NCBI GenBank assembly: GCA_905178155.1
Contig: CAJINV010000003.1
Span: 8,991,292-9,055,291 of the forward strand
From: Amoebophrya sp. A120
Taxonomy: Eukaryota > Protista > Dinoflagellata
Length of the DNA stretch: 64,000 bases
Reading direction: 5' to 3'
Part shown: positions 36,701 through 47,877 of the stretch, in pieces
Layout: each line of letters opens with the position of its first letter
How positions within the stretch are numbered: position 1 is the stretch's first letter
Made by a program: the position numbers and the translations under genes
Notes under the pieces: model-generated
The model's database searches: none
What the model was told of the DNA's origin: nothing
The model's input: the letters and a program-made list of their open reading frames with translations, nothing else

Positions 36701-38080
36701 TCAAAAACTTCCCGAACGTGTGCAATCAAACTGTTGCAACAAAAGAGAAAAAGAAAAACGTCGTCGGACCGGAGCAGGTGCCCCTTTTAAGTTCGAAAAT
36801 TCTTCGACCAATGTAACCCCTCCTGTGGTGCTACTGGAAGACGATGACGCAGTCACGCACTCACTGAATTGCAGATGAGCCGCGAGGATATCGTATAGCT
36901 TGTCCTCCGAGGTCGCGTTCTCCAGCAGGTGCGCTCCGGAAAGCCCGAGCCAAGGACCCAATGTGTCTTCATGCAATACGCAAAGCAACCGACCTGTGCC
37001 CGCAGTCCAGGCTCGTGTCGGCAAAGTGCTCATCGCGTTTTCGTTTGAGCTTTTCCCTGGATGCTCCCTGCGGGCAAGATAGGAGTCTGTGCCTGCCGAA
37101 ACGCCACCTCCGAACTTGTCTTCATCTGGAACGCAGCTTCTTTCGTCGAGCTCGAGATGACCAGACTCGCGCGGCCTGATGCTGCTGTCATTAACAAGAA
37201 TAATGCTTTTCTCACAATATGTTCTTGAACAGTCCGGGTCCCAGCATGAAGGCGTGGCTGGAGGTGTGTTCTTATTTGGGCTGTCGGCATCTATTTTTCC
37301 ACATAGGGCCTGCATCAAGACGAGCGAATTCTCGTCATTTAGGACGCACGGAATGCTGGGATCAGAAACCTGCTGCTCATCATAGTCTCCCGTTTTGTAG
37401 TCTGGGGCAAGAATGCTAAAATCGAAGATAGCGATGTTGTGGCGAAACTTTGCCGCGTCCGATGGTCGCGTCGCTCCGGGAAAAATATCGTAGGCGTTTG
37501 ACGCAATGCCGAAGTGGATTGTTGAGCACGTGTTGGAAACATCATGTTCACTACCGCAATTTTTTTCTCGTGGTGAATTGTGCCGGTTCAGCCTCAGCGT
37601 GCGGACGCGAAGCTTCGCCAAGACCTGTCTGGTGTCCTCGTACAGCCAGCACTTCAGGCCACACGTGGTGGTCGGAATGGCGGCTTCTTCGCTGTGCCTT
37701 TCCCTTTGCCTCTCCCCGACGCGCTGTTTCCTGGCTCGCTCTCGTACGACATCCGGTATAATTGCGCATCTGTTCAAAAATGAACAATTTGCTCCGCTTG
37801 AACTTGAAGATGCGGCTTCGCCATGTGCTGCGCTTCCTGCACTGCTGGAACTACATGACGACGACAGAATTGTTTCTGTTTTATTTTTTCCTTGTTCGCC
37901 AGGGTCCAACCAATTGTAGTTTTTACAACGGGCGGCTGTATTTTCGGTTTCGCTTGCTGTCCTCCCGTGGTGTTGCATAGAGGGAAAGCGGGTACTAATG
38001 CAAAGAACTGCTGGTGCTGCTGGTATCACTTTCAACAAGAAGAGCCCCGCCAACTTGCCATACATATCTGACTGCGCCAC
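36701..38080 (-). CDS. Large exon/ORF of unknown function, possibly the 3' part of the upstream giant gene
   Basis: 459-aa open frame on the cluster strand; no recognised domain. Confidence 0.5.
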   Translation of the reverse strand: MAQSDMYGKLAGLFLLKVIPAAPAVLCISTRFPSMQHHGRTASETENTAARCKNYNWLDPGEQGKNKTETILSSSCSSSSAGSAAHGEAASSSSSGANCSFLNRCAIIPDVVRERARKQRVGERQRERHSEEAAIPTTTCGLKCWLYEDTRQVLAKLRVRTLRLNRHNSPREKNCGSEHDVSNTCSTIHFGIASNAYDIFPGATRPSDAAKFRHNIAIFDFSILAPDYKTGDYDEQQVSDPSIPCVLNDENSLVLMQALCGKIDADSPNKNTPPATPSCWDPDCSRTYCEKSIILVNDSSIRPRESGHLELDERSCVPDEDKFGGGVSAGTDSYLARREHPGKSSNENAMSTLPTRAWTAGTGRLLCVLHEDTLGPWLGLSGAHLLENATSEDKLYDILAAHLQFSECVTASSSSSSTTGGVTLVEEFSNLKGAPAPVRRRFSFSLLLQQFDCTRSGSF

Positions 38081-38787
38081 ATCGAATCCATCTCATTCTC
38101 AACCAATCAAAATCATGCCAATTACATTTGCTACGATCCTCAACCTGCTCTCTCTCTTTTCATTGTGAGAAGCACACCAGAAAGTGGCCGAGAGCGCCAT
38201 CTGAGTGAACCGGCGCCCGGCGCACTTTTTGCAAGACGAGGAAACGAAGGCTGCACACACGCAACACCGCGGAATTATTTTTCATTAGGGCTAGCAGCAA
38301 TCTGAAAGATCAGTCACTCAGAGACCACTTTCCATCCATACCATAGAAGTTGCCGTGCCATGTACTAGCTCCGAGATATTGAGGCCCCGTGCGACCACCG
38401 CGGTTGCTGCGGATTGGAGCGGTATTCCGAAGCGCCCAGTGCAGCAAATCCCGAGCCACCCGATTGCACTCTGCGTCGCAGATCTGCTGCAGCCCCACCG
38501 GTCCCCCGGAACGCGATCCAGAGCCCACAAAGATCAGGACTTGCGATGCCTGTTCAACTATCTTGAGAGTAAATACCCCGGTGTCGGCAAAAGCAGAAAA
38601 ATAGACTTCGAAAAAAAGGTGCCCCGGATTGGATTCTTGATCAGTGCCGTATGCGAGTGCACAACTACAACTTCTCCTGCGCCTCATTTGTAGTTTGGCA
38701 GGATTACCTCCAGCTCCATAGGAAGTAGTGCCAGCACAGGATAACGATAAGATCAAACTAGAAACCCTAAAACCCTAGTAGAACCCA

Positions 38788-41700
38788 TTAAACCCTGAGA
38801 GGCCAGCAAAGGATAAGAAAAGGGCGCAGCCTCATCTTCTCTTTCACAAATAGAAATATACATAAGTAGTATGCAAGAATGTAATCGCTTCTGGAGTCTG
38901 TCCTGAGTCTAATAGCTTCTGGAATTGTTTCGTTTTGCTTCTGGCACGATAAACGGTAAGGGGCGGGACGAGGGGGGGTTGTGCAGTCGCATTCCCATAT
39001 TCTGATCAGTATCTGCACGGTCTCCATCAGCAAAGAGTTCTCCCCATGGAGGCCAAAACGGAAGAAGATCTCGCAGGTTGCATTTCCGGCTTCCCGATGA
39101 CCTTGAGAATTATCCCGTGTCTGGCAGTAGCGGGCGTACGCGTAAGGCTCCAGGACAACAAAAACGCCCTCGCTTTGTATCCAATATCGAAGCTCCAGCT
39201 CGTCGGGAACAATCACGCACTTCGGAATTAGATCGCAATCCACTGCAAGGACATTTTCCACGGACAGGTTGACGCCCTCAGACCGAAACATGACGTCGAG
39301 AGCGGTGTTCAGAGTATGATCAACTCGTCGACGCAACATATTATCTTCCCCTGGGCCTTCGCTGTCACGATCGCTAGACGTGGTCTCTTTCCTTGTTTCG
39401 TCCCGCTGCACGTCGTGAAGACGCAGGTCGTCCCTCACCTTCTTGTGATCCGCATCTGCTGCAGCACCTGCGTCATCAACATGATTCGCATTGTTTAGCT
39501 GATTGCAGGAAGCGAGCCTTTCGAGCAAATACTCGCGGCTTCGAAGGTCCCTGCAATTTGCGAAGAGCACCCATGTCGCTTGGAAGGATCGCATATCGCC
39601 GATCTCGATTGTTTTCAGCGTTGATGTCGCCTTTGCACCAGGACGAGCATCCCCCTCATCTTCAATTTTAGACCGGAGTCCCTCGCGTTGTGTAGTTCCG
39701 GGGAAGGTGCTCGTCGTCTGGTCCTTCGTGTTGCCATCACCTTCACGTCGACTGGTGGTCGCGCTTGGTACGATTTCCGGTCGTACTTGCCGTACTACGC
39801 GACCAGCTCCTGGAAGTGTGCAATTATTCCCAGTCGGTTCTTGGGTCGTGGTAATCGTATCTATGTCAAGAGCATCACCATTCAGATGAAGATTACGAGT
39901 GCAAGGTGCCTTGTCTTGCTCCAGGTCGTCCAGGGTGAACGCGGGAAGAGACTCTTTCTTGCTTTCAACACTGCCCTGTTCAGCGGTGCTCCTAGCAGCA
40001 CCTGAAGAGTGTGAGATTGAGATCGCTCCATCGTGAGAATTCGTCTGCCAAGTGTCGTGGCTTTTGGGTTCGCTTTTCTCGCCTTGCTGTTGTTTATCAA
40101 GCGCTGCATTATTTGTTGCGGCTCGACGTCCTTCACCTCTGCAGAGATCTCGAGGAAAGACGAGCAACTCGCGCTCTAGCCGCGAGACAATCTTTTCTTC
40201 ATGGGTTAGCGCTTGCGCGGAAGGTGGCACGTCCTCGTGTACCCGAGTTTTCCACTTTCGGTTGTTCGCCCCTACTTCTGTCTCTTGGCCGACCCGCGAC
40301 CGCAGCACTGGCGCAAAGGCAAAAGCTCCACCTCGTGCTCGGTGCAGCAAGGTAAAACGCAATGCGTTCTGGGGGGCGGTCTGCAGAAAAATGCAGACTT
40401 TTGTAGCTGGGACCGGAGTCGCGAACTGACATAGGTGAATCACCAGATCGTTTCGGTTTCTTTTACTTTCCTGTTCTGCAGCTTTATTGAAAGGGACACC
40501 TTTAGACCCTCCCGAAAAATTATCCACATCATCGACGAAGCGACTAGTGGCGAGCAGAACTCTTGCTGTGTTCGGAAAGGCTTGCACGTCCACAGAGGCA
40601 ATCAGTTCGAGGCTTTGTTCCCTCCACTCGACGGCGTCCCTTTCTTCTTCTTGCTCACCACGAACGTCGTGCATGTTTCGGTAAATCCGTAAACCCTGCC
40701 GGCCTGCGCCCGCGACAAAATCCACCTGAAGGACAAGCGTTCTTTCTTTACCCGACTTCAGTGCTTGCTCCTCGTCCTCCTGCTCCAACAACGACCTCGC
40801 ATCTTTCGCGGAGAAATCGTGCGTGAACGACCGCAGCACGACCTGGTGGCGCGGCTTCCGTGAAGAGTTACAACCGTTATCATGATTCTTCGGCTTCGAG
40901 ATGGGGTAGTTGCGCTGCTGCCATTCGTCGCACACGCCACGACCCCCGATCGCTTCCTCCGCAAACCGAGTTGCAAAAAAATGCTTCAAAATCAAAGCTG
41001 AGCACGATTCATCTTCATACACAGCAGAGCTGGCAGCGTTTGCTTTGCGGTAGGAAAGACTGTCCTCGTTGCTGGAACCTGCGACAGCTTGGCGAATGGC
41101 CGCCTCCCACAAGATGCTCAATTTCTGCTTGTTGAGGTGGTGAGTAACACCCTGTGCCCAAAATTCCAGGTTTTGCAAATCACCATGTTCCGCCTCCGAT
41201 GTTGGTCGTTCACGAGGATCAGGATCTTTTTCGTCAGGATAGCGCTGGCTCGCCTTTGTCGATGGAGATGACAAATTGCAATGGTTAGACGTAAATCTAG
41301 ACGCGCCTTTTTCCCCACGTGCAGCGCAAGTAGCTACCCCAATGTGCACAGGGCCCCGGGGACGGCTTGGCAAAATTGACCCTCCCGTACCCCTACAACC
41401 CGCTAGGAAAACGCTCGTCGCGGCATTTGTCGTCACAAATTCATCTTGATCTTCATCTTCCCTGTTGTCGCTCGCGCTCGCACTTCCCCAACCCTTGCTC
41501 TTGCGAGCTAGAAGCTCCACCTCCCGAAATCCAACAACCTTGCCTGGGTCGCTGGATGGCACAGGTGCCCAAACGGCGGCTGCGCCTGCGCGTCCTGCAT
41601 TGTTAATCATGCCATGTCGTGTCTCATCGCTCGGCTCTACTAGTGCGTCCCGGAGGAGCGCCTGCCGGAAGTTATGTGCGGCGGCTGCGATAAGGGTCGA

Positions 41701-43707
41701 CAAGGAAAACGATCTTGGTGAGGACAATGCGTCGGCGGATGCCTGCTCTTCTTCGGCCGATTGGAGTGCCAGGCCAAAAAATGGATGCCTCGTTGTCAGC
41801 TCATCGATGGCGGACGATAAGGTCGTGGTCAACGCGCAGGGAGGAGACGAGTGCCGTTCTACGTCTCTCCGTGATGGTGCTATTTTTTCGACTGCGCTGG
41901 CCAAAGATGAAGGAGCCGGCTCCCGTGTCCAGGTTGTACCACGACTGGTGTCACCGATGTCGTTGAAATACGCTGTAGCTGCAGCAGCAGCCCCTTGTTG
42001 CAAGGTTGTTTCGTTACCATCAGCTTTTCTAGACGTCGCACAAACGGCCGACGTCGAGGCTTCTTCACCTCGTGAAGTAGAATGCTCATCTGCAATTACA
42101 TCGCCGGTGTTTGTAGCAGTCGTAGCATCAATACAATCACTTCTGGAGGTCGTGCTGTGAGCTGTAGTAGCAAGAACTCTTTGATCAGAAATTTCTGTGG
42201 CGGAAGATGCTTCTGAATCCAAAACGCTGCCTAGGATTACAGCCATGTCGGGTAGCACAGCAGCCGAAAAATCATTATTGTACGCCGTCCATGTCGTAGT
42301 CGTTCTGCTGCAGCTCGTCCGCAGTGACTCAAATTTACAGTTGCCACTGTCTTCCGGCCCGTTTACTTGCTCTGTCTCTCGTGTTGTGCACGGATCCATA
42401 CTGGCAAGGAGCTGTGCCCACCACCAAAACCGAAGATCCAGTGCAGGATTTTTGTGGTCACCGTCTACCGCGTGCGCATCTACTGCCAACGGACTTCTAA
42501 GTCTTCTCGCAATGCAATTCATTTTTGAGGCCACACTCCGCCGAAAGCTTTCGCCGAGTTCCTCTGGGTAGTGCGCACTTTTACCAATGCCAGGAAGAGA
42601 CACAGAAGTACCAGCAGGCGGTAGCTGGCCATTTGCGCGAGCTGCAGCACCACCTGCTAGCCAAAGCGGCTGCTGTTGCGCTGCGAAATTCTGATGAAAT
42701 GGTGCAGGCACGACGGGAGTGCCATCTTCCCGCCCTGCGACCGAGCTACAAGAGGGATCGAGGATGCTCGACCGCCGCGGCAGTTTCACGTAGCGGCTCG
42801 GGCTCCCCGTGGCTATGTCGTTCACCCTACCGTTCGCCGCCCCTGGCGAGGTTGGCAAATCATGTCGCTGTCGCCGCGTGGCCGCAACAGCGCTGCTTTC
42901 GGAATGTAGATCGTCGACATCAGCAGACCGGTCAAAGGAATCCTCCTCGATATAGGAACTGTGCTCCTGACTCCACGATGAACTTGAGTTGTCTCTTTCC
43001 ACGTCTCCTGGGTAGTCTTGTTCGTGGTCGAGGAAGGGGCTGTTGCTGCCCGGCTGCTGCGGTTGCTGTCGGTGCTGCGGTCCAGCTCCAGCGGCAGTTC
43101 CCAGGGTAGCGTTCCCCCGGCCGCCTTCCACCAAATACGCACCAGCATCGTGACAGCCACTACGCCCGGATGCATTTAATGACCGAATCGTCGAGTCGAC
43201 CAACAGGCAAATGAAATAGTACCCCTGATCGGGCGAGAGATGGTATCTTGTTTGCGATCGGCCAGCGGTAGCGTCAGCCGGCAGGAGCCGAGGGTCAACG
43301 GCAGCCACATCGTTCCTCCAGGGCGAAACCGAAAAATCAGAAACTGAAAAAATATCTGAGGCGGGGGCGATCTGCCCGCCAAAAATATTTTCATCATCAC
43401 GATGTGGCAGTCCTGGTAAGAAAACGCTTTTGGCAAACCCCACAATACCACTCGTGTGGGTACCGCCAGTCGCTTTCGTGTGAGTTGTCTGCGATGCAGT
43501 ACCGCCAATCGCTTTCGTGCAGGACCCTTTGTCTGCGATGGAGGAGCCCGAGGTCGATGGCGACCATTCAACAACAGAAGGAAGGGCGTTGCTTTTCATG
43601 GCGGCGTTGGTCTCGCGCTCGCGCATTCTGAGTCGTATGGGAGTACACAACCCGTCCCGCTCAACATCTTCATTATTTGTCAACATTTTCATCAACAGCA
43701 ACATCAT
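38788..43707 (-). CDS. Giant exon/ORF (1639 aa), low complexity, unknown function
   Basis: 4.9-kb stop-free frame in non-repetitive sequence. Confidence 0.7.
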   Translation of the reverse strand: MMLLLMKMLTNNEDVERDGLCTPIRLRMRERETNAAMKSNALPSVVEWSPSTSGSSIADKGSCTKAIGGTASQTTHTKATGGTHTSGIVGFAKSVFLPGLPHRDDENIFGGQIAPASDIFSVSDFSVSPWRNDVAAVDPRLLPADATAGRSQTRYHLSPDQGYYFICLLVDSTIRSLNASGRSGCHDAGAYLVEGGRGNATLGTAAGAGPQHRQQPQQPGSNSPFLDHEQDYPGDVERDNSSSSWSQEHSSYIEEDSFDRSADVDDLHSESSAVAATRRQRHDLPTSPGAANGRVNDIATGSPSRYVKLPRRSSILDPSCSSVAGREDGTPVVPAPFHQNFAAQQQPLWLAGGAAARANGQLPPAGTSVSLPGIGKSAHYPEELGESFRRSVASKMNCIARRLRSPLAVDAHAVDGDHKNPALDLRFWWWAQLLASMDPCTTRETEQVNGPEDSGNCKFESLRTSCSRTTTTWTAYNNDFSAAVLPDMAVILGSVLDSEASSATEISDQRVLATTAHSTTSRSDCIDATTATNTGDVIADEHSTSRGEEASTSAVCATSRKADGNETTLQQGAAAAATAYFNDIGDTSRGTTWTREPAPSSLASAVEKIAPSRRDVERHSSPPCALTTTLSSAIDELTTRHPFFGLALQSAEEEQASADALSSPRSFSLSTLIAAAAHNFRQALLRDALVEPSDETRHGMINNAGRAGAAAVWAPVPSSDPGKVVGFREVELLARKSKGWGSASASDNREDEDQDEFVTTNAATSVFLAGCRGTGGSILPSRPRGPVHIGVATCAARGEKGASRFTSNHCNLSSPSTKASQRYPDEKDPDPRERPTSEAEHGDLQNLEFWAQGVTHHLNKQKLSILWEAAIRQAVAGSSNEDSLSYRKANAASSAVYEDESCSALILKHFFATRFAEEAIGGRGVCDEWQQRNYPISKPKNHDNGCNSSRKPRHQVVLRSFTHDFSAKDARSLLEQEDEEQALKSGKERTLVLQVDFVAGAGRQGLRIYRNMHDVRGEQEEERDAVEWREQSLELIASVDVQAFPNTARVLLATSRFVDDVDNFSGGSKGVPFNKAAEQESKRNRNDLVIHLCQFATPVPATKVCIFLQTAPQNALRFTLLHRARGGAFAFAPVLRSRVGQETEVGANNRKWKTRVHEDVPPSAQALTHEEKIVSRLERELLVFPRDLCRGEGRRAATNNAALDKQQQGEKSEPKSHDTWQTNSHDGAISISHSSGAARSTAEQGSVESKKESLPAFTLDDLEQDKAPCTRNLHLNGDALDIDTITTTQEPTGNNCTLPGAGRVVRQVRPEIVPSATTSRREGDGNTKDQTTSTFPGTTQREGLRSKIEDEGDARPGAKATSTLKTIEIGDMRSFQATWVLFANCRDLRSREYLLERLASCNQLNNANHVDDAGAAADADHKKVRDDLRLHDVQRDETRKETTSSDRDSEGPGEDNMLRRRVDHTLNTALDVMFRSEGVNLSVENVLAVDCDLIPKCVIVPDELELRYWIQSEGVFVVLEPYAYARYCQTRDNSQGHREAGNATCEIFFRFGLHGENSLLMETVQILIRIWECDCTTPPRPAPYRLSCQKQNETIPEAIRLRTDSRSDYILAYYLCIFLFVKEKMRLRPFLILCWPLRV

Positions 43708-43859
43708 GCTTCACGTGTTAATAAAGATAAACAGAAAGCGGAAGCGCTGCCGAGCTTCGTGTTAATAAAAACTCATCTTTCGCGTTCGGGTTCGACGTGA
43801 CCGCACGGCTACATACAGTCCGTCTCGGACCGACGTACTATTACCGCATGATGAATTTG

Positions 43860-46800
43860 TCAATCTGATGTTGGTGTCCGTCTGTAGCTATCGTTGTGTC
43901 CCTTCCTGCTGTTCATGCATCGATTAAAATGCGAGCGCGAGCAGGGAGAATTGTGCACTATCGTATGTCTTTCAAGTATCTTAACAGCGTCCGCAATGCA
44001 GTTCGTTCTACTTCTGTTTGTTGCCGGGCGTAGACCGTGTCTGGCGCACGGCTGCTGCTGAGCGACTGGTCGCAATTGCTCAACGTCCACTCCCCGATCA
44101 TCATGACGCTCCTGTTGTTCTTCATTTGCCATAATCATCTTGTTCCTGACACTGGAACTACCCAAAAGAGGACTCAGCTGGTAGTCCACGAAGACTTGGC
44201 TAGGCCGTCCAGAAGTAGCTCTCCAAAGGCTACTAATGTTTTCACTCACAGACGAGAGTCGACGCAGAATGCTGATGTCATCCTTATTGGAACCAACGGC
44301 ATCCGGTGACGGAAATGAGCCGGCGGTGAGTCGTGGCCGGGCTCCTGCAAAATCGCACTCAGAAGTGGTCTTGATCGCCGGCAAATATCCAGGGGCCGCG
44401 GATCCGCTGAGCTCACTGGAATCGGACGCCTTCGGTGACGATTTTGACGCGCATTCGGAAGGACGGCCCCCCAGTGAACGCAGCATTGTGTCAGTGCCTT
44501 CTGTGCCGGAGGAGGAGGAGCTCAGGTATACAAGGCGGTCAGCAAAGGGGTCGTACGCGACTCGTTCCCACGCCGGCGCATGCGCCAAAACAAGCTGGTA
44601 CAAGCTGTAGCCTCCCATTGCTGCGCACCTCCCCTCAACCAGAAACAAAGCCTCGCGCACACCATCAGAATCAGTATGAGCCTCCTCGCAACCAGCACCT
44701 ATGTCGTCGCGGTCTCGTCTCTCCTGCGCCCGGGACCCAGTTTCTTCTCTCCAGTCCCAAGATGCTTTTTTTTCTATCTTCAAAGTGCAGTGTATGAGAT
44801 CGACAAGAAAAAGTAGCTCATCCTCGTCGTGATATGGCGCTCGGGTCGGACGTGGAGTTGCGTACCGGCTCTGCAATATTCTTGGCTTTAAGCCACGCCT
44901 GGCCACAAACTTTTTCTGCAGCATGGGTCGGGATTGGCCACCGACGTCGTTTGGAATCCAGTTTCCGTTTGCGTCAACATACCGACCTGCTGGACCTGAC
45001 ATACTACCACGAAAATATCCTTCTCCTGGTGGGTCTGCAAACACCGGCGTCTCGATCTTGTAGACATCCTCGGCTTGCCCGCAGAAATCTCTTTCTACCG
45101 TGATTGATGATGAGTCATGATCTGCAGGAGCTGCAGCACCCTGCTGCTCAGCCCCATGACTCTTCTTTTTCTTGGTCATTACGAACGGCGAGGCTGGTGG
45201 CCGCATCTTTACTTCTGTACAGCTGTCTCCTGTCCGGAAACGTTGCTGCGGATGCCGGAAGTAAATCATGCTGGCTTTCTCGGGTCCAATCTCAAGTGTA
45301 TCTTCCGCGTCGGCCAAGAAAGTATGGCCGAGGGCGTACCGGTCAGATATTTCTCTCAGCGCCACAGCCAGTCGCGTCCGCGCTCTTATACGCCCTTGGT
45401 CCACCTCGGTTTGCTTCGAAAGCTCGCCCAGTTTTCTCTTCATAATTTCGTGATCTGCCGCAAAGTCAGAGGCTGAGGTAGATGCGGCACCAGCAGAAGT
45501 TCGATTGTATAGGTCAGCGAGAAAACTCACCGCTCGCGCATTCGCTTTCGCTGTCGCACTCACGTGCTGCTCAGGAGGGTGTGTCGACAGCACGGTCGTC
45601 GCCGACATCTTCTGGGACGAGTCTATGGATCCACTATTCGCCAAACATGCGTATTTGCATTTGCTCGAAATATTGAAAAATCCTCAATAGATATTGATAT
45701 GAAACGCCACCCATATGAACATACGCCGTACCCTCCAAATCCCCTCCCCAGCTCAGCGCCAGCGAAGCAAGTTCACCATGCGCATGCCCCTACTTCTTTC
45801 GCTGTATTCCCATTCACTGGCGCAACTACAAAAAGACTAATCGACATCGGTTCACTTCTGGCTCTTTCCCGCATCGCTGACACGGCCGCCAGGGCACAGC
45901 CATTCGCTGAGTTATCAGTTCCCTGCGCGTCTCAATCAAAGTCGGAAGACAATTTCTAATCCGAAAAATGAAAACAATCAACACCGGAAGGGTTCCAAAA
46001 ATGAAATCAAGTAGCCATCTCTGGCCTGGTGAGGCAACACAGAAAAACCCAAGCAACCTCCACACACACCATAGCGCGCGGGCAGTCGGGATATGACGTG
46101 GGGGGCCTACCCCTACGGCACCCGGGCCACGAAGAAGCGGAGCCCGAAGGCGGAACCGCGGCGCGGAGGTTAATTTGTTTTGGGGGAATTCGGATTCTTT
46201 TTGCGATTTTCAGCTGAGGGACAACATGGCGCGAAAATTTTATTTTGTGAAAAAGCGCGCCGAGAAAATTAAATTTAGGATGTTGGGTGTTTTGACCCAA
46301 CCTGCGCCGCAGGTTTGTGCAGGTTGGGTCAAAACACCCAACCTGGCAGCGGTCGAGGAGGTTCGGCCGTTGCCAGAAACGGACAACATTCGCGACGAAA
46401 AAACCGTGGCTGTTCGGAACAGCCGCGGCGTTTTCATCATTTTCTCCGTCGTTGCCGTCTAGCTGAAAAGGCGCGCGCGACCTCGGGACGCTTCAATGCG
46501 GAAGCTTTCGTCTTTATCAACTCCTTCAAAGACGAAGAAGCCTGCAAATTCCACCACTCCGCTCTGCTGTTTTTGAGTCGTTTCACCAGCAGGGCCGACG
46601 AGTTGGATAATATCCCAAGAAAAAAGTTGCACAATTACACACTGCGTTGCAGGCCAAGCAAGACAGACAAGCTCTGTCATGCCGGATATACATAGGAGCC
46701 TAATTTCGTATGTGTTTTCCCGTAGGATTTCTGCATTGCAGGTTTTCTCTCTCGTGCAGAGAAATTCGCGTTGCTGAATTCACTACAAGTGTGTAACTGC

Positions 46801-47678
46801 ATACACTTTTTTCGTGGGATAGATAAGAGTGGCGATTCAATACTTATCGAGGAATTTTCAATAAACCGGCCAAATCTAAATACGCAGGTTTGGGTATATC
46901 GTGGGTCCATAGCCGACATCTTCTGGGACGAGTCGTGCACGTCTTGTTCAATCGTGCCACGCACTACTTGCAACGTACTGTCGCAGTTCTTGTTCGCCTG
47001 GAACGCGTCCACTTCCCAGTTGTCCCTTTCTTCACGGTGATGTTGTAACAGTTGTCGCGCAAGACGAACACCTTCGTGGTCAGCACCCTCCACCTGCAGC
47101 AGCGTCGTGAACTTCTCGTCTTGTTCAACGAGGTCGTTGTCCGCCTCATTTACATTTCCCATCTCCTCAGGCCTTTTGGATTCGCCGGTGCGACCGGAAT
47201 GCATGCGCAATTCGCTTCCACCATTTTGTCGCGCGCTCAGCATTGACATTGTACCTGCTCGTCCCTGGTCTGCGATTGTTCTCCGAGCGTGTGCGTCCTC
47301 GTCTCTCTGCGATGACAAACGCGTCCTCTTTGCCGAATCGTCGTGGATGTTTTGACGCAAAACAGTCAGGCGGTTCTTCAGCCTTGCGATGCGATTGCGC
47401 TCTTCGCCAAGTTGTTCCTCCGCTTGAGTAGAAGTAGATGGCAGGGTCAGCAAGCCTTTCTGTGCAGCTTGTAGCAGCCGTCGGACACGACTTTCGTTCG
47501 CGGAAATCTCGTCGTGATTGTGATTAGGTCTAGTTGTCGTTGTGAGTTGTAACCGGCCTGAGGACCGAGATGTTGAGCTCGGGGTTGACTTTGATTCAGG
47601 AAATGAAATAAGCTGCGTCACTGTTACATACTGGAGCATGCAAGTCAGAACTCTGCGCCTGCTTGCTAGGGTAGGCAT
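43860..47678 (-). CDS. Coiled-coil-containing protein split by the 45624-46911 element
   Basis: ORFs 46677..47678 and 43860..45644 are in the same frame and both contain DSSQKMSA, the peptide encoded by the 23-bp duplication. Confidence 0.65.
45624..46911. mobile_element. 1288-bp TAT...ATA TIR element with perfect 23-bp flanking duplication; non-autonomous
   Basis: GCCGACATCTTCTGGGACGAGTC at 45601-45623 and 46912-46934. Imperfect TIRs of about 75 bp (tatggatccac..tgcgtattt..tattgaaaa.tcctc.ata). No transposase-like ORF seen. Confidence 0.9.
46282..46342. repeat. Perfect 24-bp stem hairpin with 13-nt loop inside the large TIR element
   Basis: gttgggtgttttgacccaacctgc (46282-46305) pairs with gcaggttgggtcaaaacacccaac (46319-46342). 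Confidence 0.95.
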
Positions 47679-47877
47679 GCGCGAGGACGCGGGTCCTCAT
47701 CTTCATCTTCTTGTTCTGTGCCTACTTCTCATTAACATGTTTCTCTTTCTTCTTGATGAAACTTGCTTTTCGTCCTGGCCACCAGCAAAAGCAGCCCAGA
47801 ATATGTGCTATGTATGTGATCTATGTGGTCGTGCGCCATAGAAGCAAATCACAGTGATGTAGCCTAATTTATTCGCC

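Noticed and set aside
43675-43863. 9-bp direct repeat ATTTGTCAA between two giant ORFs
   Set aside because: Excision at the repeat does not join the two long frames and there are no TAT/ATA ends; junction left unresolved.
38788-47678. UVRAG/Atg14-like identity for the coiled-coil giant ORFs
   Set aside because: Only an impression from the coiled coil and short helices; no motif strong enough to support a name.
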